Position numbers and translations under genes: made by a program. The notes beneath the pieces were generated by a model. The model saw only the letters and a program-made list of their open reading frames with translations, made no database searches and was not told the DNA's origin. Positions 24,970-36,145 of a DNA stretch of 64,000 nucleotides are shown in pieces. Source of the stretch: Felis catus (lineage: Eukaryota); NCBI RefSeq assembly GCF_018350175.1, contig NC_058383.1:2852001-2916000 (forward strand), given 5' to 3'. Positions within the stretch are counted from its first letter, which is position 1. Every line of letters starts with the position of its first letter.

Positions 24970-24980
24970 TGCTGACTCAT
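24970..24980 (+). promoter_or_regulatory. NF-E2/BACH/NRF2-sMaf (ARE/AP-1) consensus site
   Basis: Exact TGCTGACTCAT in a repeat-free block; motif only, no functional evidence. Confidence 0.35.
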
Positions 24981-27499
24981 AAATGCCACTGAAAAACAGA
25001 TGTTTTGTTTCTGATTTAAGGAGCCCCTGTTTAGGTAGCAGCATAACGACAGGCAAACAAAAATTTCTTTCCACCTAGGGAGAAAATGACCGATGGTACC
25101 TAGCTATGTGAATAAAAGTGAAAAGAGCACAAGAATAATAAGAAAGGGAGACTCAGTGCCACATCACATTTTTAATGTAAAGTAGCCCACTGGTAACTAC
25201 CTGTTAAGGTAGCCTCTTAGTGTTGTCTGTTGCCATACTGGTTGCACTCTGTTGTGCCCTCTCTGAAAGGGTGGGAGCATTGTCATCTCTCAGTATTGGA
25301 GTAGCCTGTGTCTCGCGTGGTATTAAACCAATACTGTATATGTGTATCTATACCTGTCGTTCTCGTGTAATGGAGAATTGAGAGCATTAGTACTAGTGCG
25401 GGTTGTTGACTTGACTTTGTTTACCTAAACAATGTATTCATTTGCCCTTAGTTTGACATTTATGTAGGGGTGCAAGAATGCTACTGGCAAAGTAGTTTGA
25501 GCTGTTTAGAATTATGATATCCCTCTGCACTGGGTTTGAAAGCTTCTCTGGGCTGAAAGCCAGTTGATGCTGGTCAGTGTTTTTACATGACTGAGGTCGA
25601 TTACTTCACAGGTTGAACAGCTGCAGCCTTGGTAAGTGGTTCACTTCTGTCCAGTGGTACAATATAGGATCCTTTTAAATGCTGCTGTAATTAGTATTGT
25701 AATAAATGTGTTTGGATTGGACAAGAATGTGGAAGCCATTTTGGAGTATTTTCAAAGGCATGAAGTTTAAAATACTGTAACTTGTTAATTTTGTGTTCTG
25801 TAATGTATGTAATAAGGTTGAGGTTTCAATGTTTGTATTAAGTAAAAAAAAATTCAGATGAACCTATTCTATTCGAAAAGTTGCCCAATGTAGAAAGATT
25901 CTGAGCAGAAACATTTGGATTTAAAAATTAACTAGTTGCCAGAGGGCCTGGGTTCTGATGATGGTCTACCTACGAGCAACATTTGTGACTCTGACAAGTC
26001 TTTCTTCATTTCTTTCCTTTCCCTCCCCTCTTCCCTCTTGGTCTCTTGCTCTCTCAAAAACAAATATGTTTAAAAAAATGCGTGGATATGGTGTATATAC
26101 ATATATACAATAGGTGTAAATACATCATATATAAAATCTGTGAGAACACTTTACAGATATCCCAGATGATATAAATAATCCCAGATTTGCACCTAAGTGG
26201 TAAATGTGTTTCTCATTTTTCTCTCTGTGGAATTATCAGTTGTGTCTGATACCTTGATGTATTATTGTCAAGGTCATATACTCTGGGATCAGACAGATCT
26301 TCTTGTTCACATCTTGCCTCTCACTCTTCGACTTTGGGCCAATTCATTAATCCACCTTAGTTTTGGCTTCTCACTCCATGGATCATTTTGGGGATTGAAT
26401 GAAACCTCGTAACCAAAAGCATTTACCTCTACCATGCAGACAAGGGTACTAAACAAGGAAAGGCCAGTCTCTTGGCTTTTGGGTATATTTCAGAGGGGAT
26501 ATTTAACAGGAAATAGGAATCTCTGATCATTCATTAAAGACTTTGTGTCCACAGTAAGTGCACACAGACATACATAAGGACAGTTTTATTTGTGCATGTA
26601 TACAGACAGTGATAGACACACAAAATGAATATAGAAAGTCAGTTGATGGAATTGATGAAGTTTTCATTTTGTAAGATCAGCATGTACAGTACATTTATAA
26701 TGTTTTTAGTTCACTTTTATACTAAAACGGAAAAGCAGAAGATGTCTACAAAGAGGCAAAAATTAGAATAGGTAAGTTTGAGTAAATTGCAGAGTGGTTG
26801 AGTGGTTGAGACTTGATTGATTACCAGTGGGATCAACAACCCTAGAGGAGAGGGCAGAGATTATTTTTTCCAACCAAAATTGCTCTGTTTCTCTATAATG
26901 GGTAGGGAAAAACCAGCCACCCAAGCACACAGTAAACGGAGACAGGGAATACCAGTCTGTGCTAATGATGGTTGGGGTCAAAGAAGACTCTGCAAGGTGG
27001 CTTCTCTTGCCCCCTGAGTTGACAACCCGCTCAGAATTCAGTGGGCTTCCTGGAACATTATATTAAAATTTTGATAGATCACAGCAGGGATTTTTAAACA
27101 ACATAATCTTTGCTGATAGCCCTTCCGAAACATTTGTTCTTTCGATGTTGGATAGAAAACAAAGCTTCTCTGAGGCTTCTTGCACAGCGTCAGGCTTCAC
27201 AGATTTTGCATCATGTGAATTGGTATTTTTTTGTGGCCAGTGCATGGTTGACTGGCCTCAGCTAAGTGCTTAAATATCTGCAATTAAAAGATAGTAATGA
27301 AAGAACAAATAAATGAAGGAAAAATACGGATAGCGACATTATCCTTACATTCAGAAATACGTTGATCTTCGTGTGTGATGTTGGGCAGCCGGTCCTCTGA
27401 TCTAATAAATGAGATTTTCCAGAAATCAGCTTTAAGTGAGTGACACATTAGTGCATTAGAAAATCGCAAGCTGTGTGACGTAAGTTGGAAATAAAGATT

Positions 27500-27760
27500 G
27501 TTCATTTAGTAAACGTAACTTGGGTGCATATTCTGTGTCAGGCACTGTTGTAGGTGTTTGGTATACAAGGATAAGTAAGAATTGGTCCATCCTTCCAGGA
27601 AGTTCCTACTTTTGTGGCAGAGACATATGTGTAAGCAAGTCGTTGAATGCCTACTTACTGCCCGACTGCCATGTGCCGGGCCTGGTACGAGGCTCTGGAG
27701 GCAGAGGCGGATGTAGTCTTGTTCTCAGCAGGCGCCACGTCTGTTGTGAGGAAGGTAGAG
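27500..27760 (-). mobile_element. L2 3'-end fragments
   Basis: ttcatttagtaaac…ctgtgtcaggcactgttgtagg and a second similar copy at ~27640. Confidence 0.6.
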
Positions 27761-29479
27761 GCAGCACGTGTCCCTCTGGGAGCAGGTTCCTTGGGGAAGC
27801 ACCACAGGAACCTGAGAATCAGAGACCCCCTGAACTGTTAGGACCTGGAGAATGCCATAGCGTACTGTTTTCTTTCCTCTCACATAATTCCCTTCATGAC
27901 TAAAATGTTGCTTTTCCTCTATATTATCACTTAACAAACCTCTTTGTAGTCTTTAACTGTGAGCTGTGGCTTTATTGTTTGCTTGTTTTTTTTTTTTTTT
28001 TTTTTTTTTAATTTTACACTCTGGTTATTCTTTGTAAAGGAGTTGTGAACAAATTCCATACAGCATCCCATTTGATGAATTACGGAAAACATAAGATTTA
28101 AGTACTGTATTTGAGTATCTTATTCCTTTTGTTACTGAAGGAGGTTTTGGCCAGTTAATCTTTGCTTTTCCTATGGTGAATTGATCCTTCTTTTTAAGCA
28201 CCTGTGTATATAAACTTACTGATTTGCCCTGTACTTGAATTAACTGTTTACAATTGATATGTTGGATAATACCATGGGTTACTCTATGTAAGTTGTTTTG
28301 TATTAATACAAATTTTAAATTCTGCCTTTAGAACTTTATTTGCTTTTGCATACTCAACTATATTCACTAATGTTTGATGATAATAATAATGCATTATAGA
28401 ACGGCAGTGCCATTTATTTACCAAAGGCTTTGCAATATTTATTTAGCAGTTTCCAGTTTTGCAATAATTAAGCGATGCTGATGTACAGTTCCCATTGCAT
28501 TTTAAAGGCCTAGCTAGTTAATTAGCTTAAGCGGTTCCGTCAGCCCTATTGACAGTTGGAGGCACGTAGTGCTGGCTTGTCCCGCCAATAAAACGAAACA
28601 TCTAAGAATGGCCTTGCTGTGGTTCGCTTCTTTCCCTCCCCACCCTTGAAAGAGGAGTTTGCTTTCTTTTTCATGACATGAAAACAAAACCAAATAATGT
28701 AAACTGGCAGTTGTGCTTCTGATTAACGTGGCTTTTAATTCCATGTGTCTTAGTGTTTTCTCATCCTTCTTGCTCACCTTTCACCATCTTGGTAACCTTG
28801 CATCCCACCTCTCCCTCACGGTGGTCTCTCCTAAGATTTTATTACATTTTTGTTTGGGTTGCTGTCAAGGTCATTTGGTGACTCAGAGCAGATTCCAGTC
28901 TGATCACTTATTTGCTCCTGTGTCCGTCGTCTGGTTGCCTGCCCCATCAGGGGTCTTGTTCTCCTCGTCCCTCGGCTGCCTTTCAGACGCCCCTTACGCA
29001 TGACCTTTGAGGTGTTGCTGCTTCTTGTTTGCGTCAAACTTTAAGCTACGGAATACTTCGGAAGCATGTGTCTGGTGTAGTTTGTTTGGCTCTGGAATCC
29101 AGCTGTCTGGCATCACAGAGGTAGAGAAGGAAGACGTGGAGAAAAGAGGAGGAGGAACAGGTAGGAAGATGCCCAGGCTGGGGCTGGACAGAAGACGGGG
29201 CAGGAGAGAGCAGTGGCGGGACGCCTGCAGGTTAAACCCAAGGTGATGGTTGTACCCCTGGAAGGTTGAGAGCTGTGTGTTGTGTGTGGGTAGGGTGGGC
29301 ACAGGGGAATGGGATGTGGGCCTTGAGTTTTGACATTCTTACATTCACGTTGGTGAGACATGGTGTGGAAATCCCCCGGCAGAGTTGGACTAAATGAAGA
29401 TATATATTGTATGTTGTGTATGTTGGAGAGTCACAGCAGAGAGGTGTTCCTGAGAGCGGCCTCGATGGGTTGAGTGCCT

Positions 29480-29625
29480 GTTAGCCGCTGTGAAAGGGCT
29501 TTATGGGTACGCTCTCTCTGCCTTAGTTTGCTCATCTGTAACATGGCATGATAGGATTCTTGTGAAGATTAAGTGAGTTAATATGTGTAGAGTGCTTAAC
29601 AGTATCTGGCACAGATATTTAAACG
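29480..29625 (+). mobile_element. MIR
   Basis: ctcatctgtaa…ttgtgaagattaagtgagttaatatgtgtagagtgcttaacagtatctggcaca. Confidence 0.8.
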
Positions 29626-31349
29626 CCATCATCATCATCACAATTGAATCCAAAACCCCTTTGGACAGAGGTAGTATTATACACACTTGATACAAGAGGC
29701 AGTTCCAGCAACGTAACTGCTCTGCCAGAGGTCACCTAACTAGTAAGTGACAGCGTCAGAATTGGACCTACCCTCGTCTCTCTCCTTTGTTGGCTACCAC
29801 AGGCTCTTGAGCAGAGGCTGTGCGATGTGAGGGAAGGTGGAAGCTGGAGTGCCCGACACAGAATGAGGTTTTGAATGTTAAATGGACAGTGTCCTTTCAA
29901 AGCACCGTAAGAAGAGCTTTCTAGTTACAATTATTATAACAGAAAATCTTACGGAAGGGGGAGGATGAGGCTTGGCGTTAGGGAAGAGCACAGGAGAGAA
30001 GGGGGAAGATCAACGCAGACAGAAGGAGAGGGCGGAACGAAGGTGGTGCAGCGGCCACACTTGGGGATGAGAGAGCTTCGTGAAGCACCTGTCAGTCGGC
30101 GTGGTCAAGTGCCGCGTGGAGGTCACGCGGAACGAGGCCTGAGGACGGGTGTCTGCGTCCCTCTTTGGTGTTCACAGAGTAGATGACATTTATTTCCCTG
30201 TGGAGCTAAAAACAACTGGCTGTCAGCACAGAAGAAACAGAAACGTATGATCCAGTGATAAATTGGGAGCTAACATTTAGATCCCCCCCCCCCCACAATT
30301 CATACATTTAGTAGAACATTCTAGTTTGTCATTTGTCAGCTTAATTAGAGATCCATTTAGCTATCTCGTGCATCTGTGATGCTTCTCGGCGCATTAGAAA
30401 TGCAGTAGATACACCACCACGAAACGAACAGTATGCTGATGTTAACCTGGAGAAGCTCCCTTTCAGTGCAGTGATTTCTGGTACTGAGACTAATTCTTCT
30501 CATTTTTTCCTGTACATCTTGTGTCTGCTCTCTCCGCAATTAAAACAGTCTGAGTTGCCTGGACTAGAACTTGAGAGCAACATCCTGTGAGTCCTGGCGT
30601 TTAATGTGTTTAATGTCTGTGAAGGCTTGACAGGAGCTGGAACTCGGTTCACTAGGTATGAACCTATCGCCTTGGATAATAAGTCCTTATTAAATGTACT
30701 TTAAATGAGGAATGAAGGAACTCTCCATAGAACTTCATATTGATCTATAAATAATTTATCCGACACAGTGTAATGTACATAATTATTGTATTGTTTCAAA
30801 GTTAACGAAAAGCAGAAAACAGACTAGGTAAATTGCCATTAAATATGATTTCTTTTCTATAATACAGTCAAATTTTGTGTAGTTCATGTGGTCCATATGT
30901 GTATGGATGGTAGGTGGGAGGATTATGGAGCTCAAGACCTAAGCTCAAGACCCTGGATGGAAATTCTAGAGCCCTCCCCACCAACCTGTGACTCAGCCTG
31001 CTTGAGCTGCCTGAGATGCCTTGTTTGCAGGTTTTCAGGCCCTCTTCATCAAGTGCTAGAAGATGGCACACTGTGAATGCCTGTAATCCAGGAACCCACT
31101 AAACTTATGCTTTGATGGCCTCCACCCTCTTGAATAAGAATTCTCTTTCATCTTACTGAAAGCAAAGAATAGGTATGAATTGGGATAGTTGAGGAGTGAA
31201 GTTTCCAGTGAATCTGGAGTGATGAGATTCTTGGTGTCCCTAACACTGATGTAGCAGATACACAACTTGAGAACCTACCACGCGCAAGATAGTTCGTGGG
31301 GTGCAGAGATGAATACGGCACAGTTTCTATCTGGGAAAATTTACAGCTT

Positions 31350-31938
31350 AGAAAATTTTTTTGAGATAAACTTCACATACCGTGAAATTCGCCATTTTCA
31401 GGTACACAGGTTAGTGGTTTTTAGTGCTCTCACAAGGTTGTGCAGACATGACCACTATCTAATTCAGAACACTTGGATCACTACAGAGGGAAATCTCATA
31501 CTGATTAGAAAGGGCTCTCCTTTCTCCACTCCCCTGCAGCCCGCAGCAACCACTGTCTTTACCTTCTGTCTTATGAATGTATCTATTCTGGTTCTTTCCT
31601 ATAAGTGGAATCATAAATATGTGGCTTTTTGTGACTGGCTTCTCCCCCCCCCCTTTTTTCTCTTAACCCATAATGTTTCCACGGTTCATCAATGTAGTCG
31701 GTGTCAGTACTCTGTCCCTTTTCACTGTCGCCTAACATTCCATTGTATGGATGTGTCACCTTTTATGTATTTGTCAAGTGATGGATATTTGATTTGTGTC
31801 TGCTTTTTGGCTATTATAAATGATACTGTAGTACTGCTGGGATCATACACATACAAGTTTTTGTGAATGTGTTTTTGTTTCTCTGGATATATATCTAGGA
31901 GAGGAATTGCTGAGTCCTATAGTAATCTGTGTTTACCT
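31350..31938 (-). mobile_element. Old L1 (L1MB-like) 3' UTR fragment
   Basis: ttgagataaacttcacataccgtgaaattc…ggaattgctgagtcctatagtaa. Confidence 0.8.
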
Positions 31939-31939
31939 G

Positions 31940-32160
31940 TTTTTTTTTTTTTTAATGCTTATTTATTTATTTTGAGAGAGAGAACAAGCATGAGCTGGGA
32001 GGGGCGGAAAGAGTGGTAGAGAGAGAATCCTAAGCAGGCTCTGTGATGCCAGCACAGAGCCCAAGGTGGGCCTTGATCCCATGAATGATGAGATCATGAC
32101 CTGAGCTGAAATCAAGAGTCAGTCCGTATGCTTAACAGACTGAGCCTCCCAAGCACCCCC
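31940..32160 (-). mobile_element. Older Can-SINE
   Basis: SINE match; TSD tgtttacct. Confidence 0.93.
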
Positions 32161-34721
32161 ATGTTTACCTTTTCAAGGTTGTATGGAACTTGACTATTTA
32201 GAAAGTGCTTCATAACCTTTATATTATTTATTCATCATAGTAGCTAAGAAAGAAAACTGAAGATCTGAAAGGTTAGATGGCCTAGAGGAAAACTTGCATG
32301 TGTGACAAACATATATTTAAAATGATATTCGTCGATATATCACTTAAGGTAGGGAGAACTGTGGCCTCACTATATATTGGTAAATGTGTGCTATTCATGT
32401 AGTGGAAGGCTGTATTGCAGGTGTGTCTGTGGGTGCGTAGCAGCTTTGTATGTATATAAACAGGGACATGCTTGAAACTACGTAACATGAGGCGAGTGAA
32501 AAAACTGAATTGCAGAATGATTATCATCTATGGAAGTTAAGAAAACCATAAAGTAATACTGTATATTGCCATGCACATGGAGAGGTATAAAGCCAGATGT
32601 GAAGGACATTCACCAGTCTATGTAGTGGTTGCCCTGCATCCCTGCTCCTGAGCTGTAAAATCTCTGCCATGTCTCCTTACTGTATATTTAGCAAAATTAT
32701 TTCTATCACAAGCCTGTCAATTTCTTCAGAAGACCATATTTTCTCTACTGCTTTATCTCCATTGTCTGGTACAATTTGCCTAGCATGTAAGTGTGAAAAC
32801 CTATTTTTGAATGGCTCAGCAAATGAATACCAGGCTGCTTAAAATACCCTGGGAACAAGGTAGGGCAAGACTAAACAAATTAGCCGTTTTCTCCCTTTCT
32901 GCGTGTTGTCTCTTCCATACCTTCGTATCCTGCTAGTGTTATCATAATGTGAGGCTCGCAATTGCAAGAGCAGTTCTATGTGACATGACGTGCTAATAAA
33001 GCAGATGGTGTGTGCAAATAAGCAAAATCAAAGATACCTTTGCTGCACGAGTCACTGCTGTCTCCTTTAAAGTATGGAGTATTTTATGATGGTAGATTTT
33101 ATCTTCGTTGTCAAGGTAATGATTATGAGTCCTATAAATCTTTATGGCTTTGTTGTATCAAGTGTCAAATTACATGGCTTAGTCAGGTAGTTGTAGAAAG
33201 AAAGATATCCATGATCAGATTTGGAAGTAGTTATTACTAAATTTTTTGCCTTTCAGAAAGGTGCTGGTCTCACTTCTTTGTGTTTACGTAGAGGAGACGA
33301 ACTCTGTTTCCACTTGGAGTCTCTCCCTCTTTTCTCTTTATTAGCTTCTCCCCATGGGGGAAACAGTGGCAAATTGTGAACTTCAGAGCCTGGCAGTGAC
33401 ATGGGTGAAAGTGCTGTGTCTGCAACACAGCCTCTGTTCTGCTTCTCACTCAGGGCTTCCTGGGTAGACGGATGGGGCTCTCCTCCACTTCTTGCCTCTG
33501 CCTTCAGGCAAGAGCTAGAACAGGGGACATGGGGTCCTGGCAGCACCAGCCTCATCTATGCTGTTTCTAGTTCTGGGTTTCAGCCTTACTGTGGGTGAGT
33601 GACTCGGTTAAGTCCGGCTCTCTGGTCCTGGACATCCTCAGGTCAGGAGGCTGGACATAGGAACCCCATTTGGATTTTAGGCCTAAGCTATATCCTTTAA
33701 CGGGGTTGACCAGAAGCCCTGGGGGTGTTGTAGGCTACCAGTTCTCTACTGAAGCCCATGTTCTGGGGCCCCGTCTGTTTTCATCCTCATTATTTGTGGT
33801 TATGCTCTCTCGTTGAGGGCTGAGAGAGGTGCTAGAAGAAAGCCCTGCATTTCCCATGCACTCTTTTTTCTCCCCTGGTGGTGGTGATATTCCTGATTTT
33901 TACCATTCTCGACAATTGTCGAAACTTGTTTCTTTATAATTATGTCCTGCAGAATCTTCAGCCAGCGTCTTGGCAGTGTAGGAATTTACTCAGCTTTTTA
34001 GAAGAAATTTGACCTATCTGAACCTATAAAAGCAGTTACAATCCTAAGGGATTCTGTCAGAGCACATAGTTAATAGTTGTTTTTATAGGTGGGGAAGCCT
34101 TTTATTTTCACCTATGAAAGTATACCACAGCAGTCTGCCTTCCTTGAAACAAATACTTACTCAGTGTGGGAGCGTTTTACTTAAAAAAGAATCGGGATAT
34201 TAGACTTAATTGAATCTTTGATGTCACTAATGATGAAGATACACTGTTGTTTTATGTCTCATTAAAACACAATGCTGCAAATGAATTATAAGATGTCAAC
34301 CCATTTTGCAGATGTTAGACTATGAAAGGAAAAAGAGCTACCAAACAAGGGAGTCGTTGCTGAGTGATTGTTCATTTTTGGAACAAGTCAACAGAGGCAG
34401 GTTGGTGTGTGTGAAGAAGCACAGGACGGGGAACCTGCCATTTGGAGACTGAGGCTCTGGTTGTGGATGTGGGGTCAAATGTATACCGTTGCCTTTTAAA
34501 ACTACAACTGTTAGAGTTTGGAACACCTTCTGGTCCTTGCCCACATGTCCAGCATTCTGACACTTTATCTTCTTTCTGCTTCCTGAGTCTGACCTCCTTT
34601 TGTTTCTCCAGCTCAGCAAGCTTCCTTCAGCCCTGTGTCCATTGCACGTGCTGTTTTCTCTCCCTCAGTCCCATCTTCTTTCTTTGCTCAAGTCCTACTG
34701 ACTCTTCAAGCTTATACTTAA

Positions 34722-34932
34722 TTTTTTTTAATGTTTATTTATTTATTATTGAAAGACACAGAGTGTGAGTGGGGGAGGGGCAGAGAGAGAGAGGGAGACA
34801 CAGAATCCAAAGCAGGCTCCAGGCTCTGAGCTGTCAGCACAGAGCCCGATTCAGGGCTCAAACTCACAAACCGCGAGATCATGACCTGAGCTGAAGTCGG
34901 GCGCTCAACCGACTGAGCCACCTAGGCACCCC
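34722..34932 (-). mobile_element. SINEC_Fc2-like
   Basis: TSD aagcttatacttaa. Confidence 0.97.
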
Positions 34933-35039
34933 AAGCTTATACTTAAATATGACTTTCTCTGACCCTCTAGGTCAGGTTTGATTACTTTAGTGCACTAAGG
35001 GCAACATACTGTAAGTATATGCACTCACTGCTCCCTTCA

Positions 35040-35205
35040 TTTTTCTTCAGTAACGTTTGTCACAAGTGTAATTAAATATTTACTTGTGCAGTTGTCTGTC
35101 ACCTTTCTGCCTCCCATGACAGTCTCTTTCATGCTGTATCCACTGTGTCTAGTACGGAGCCTCGTGCATGTTCATGCTGAAGAGAAATTTGTTAAGTGAA
35201 TGAAA
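35040..35205 (+). mobile_element. L2 3' end
   Basis: gctgtatcc…tgtctagtacggagcct…aaatttgttaagtgaatgaa. Confidence 0.65.
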
Positions 35206-35909
35206 TCGTGTCACAGTGACATGTGCTGCTGAGATATGACAAGTCCATGTCCGAAAAGCGTCTGTGGCATTTGGCGAGCAGAAGTTCTTGGATATTTTAG
35301 AAGGTATAGTTTTAGTAGAGTGGTAGGGAGGGAAGTGAGATTGCAAAATACTTCACAATGAAAGACCTCATCACTCGCCGTAAAACACTAGAACACTTGC
35401 AAATGATTTCTCTAATGATAGCACCTTTCCTTGAGTTTTACTAATTTGGTAGATGCTGTCAGACTCCTCCAAATTACAACAGGATAAAAAAATAAATCCC
35501 AAGGTATACTGTGGTTTCTTTTTTCAGTGGTTGTGATGGAATGGAGTATTCACTTGAGTACAAAAAATCACAGGCAGGCAGGTCAGGGCATTCTGCTCCA
35601 GAAGGAGGAAAGAGTAACCCAGACGTTCCTGATCCCCTCTGCTTATCACTGAACCAAAACCACAGTCATTAAAAAAAATTACCAGTGTATCAGAAAATAT
35701 GTATGCTTTCATCTCTGTGCTCAACAGGTTGAAATAGAACCTTAATACAATCAACTCTCCACATGAAGATAAAACAATTTGAAAGTACTTAACGTAAAGA
35801 AATTGGCTTTCTGAAGACATTTATTGTGAAAACCTTCCAGGGTGTATTCTGGGAGTTGTTATGGGCAGTGCTATGCATTGTCTTGATTTGTTCTACTCAC
35901 GAAGATAAA

Positions 35910-36145
35910 TAATAGTAACAAGTACGCACAATACTTTAGCAAAGTTAACTGTTATAAGCACTTTATGTATATAAACTCATTTCATCCTCACAACAAATCC
36001 TGTGAGGAAGCTGCCCTATTCCTTTTTTACTGATCAGGAAACTGATGAGGCCACAGAGCCTAAGTAGCTTGCCCAGGGTGGCAGAATTGGCATTCAGAGG
36101 CAGGCACTTGGGCTTCAGAATCCACATTCTTACCTATGTAACATG
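35910..36145 (-). mobile_element. MIR
   Basis: taagcactttatgtatataaactcatttcatcctcacaaca…gaaactga…cttgcccaggg. Confidence 0.8.

Noticed and set aside
31267..31866. 199-aa ORF
   Set aside because: Antisense reading of an old L1 3' UTR; non-ATG start and no recognisable domain
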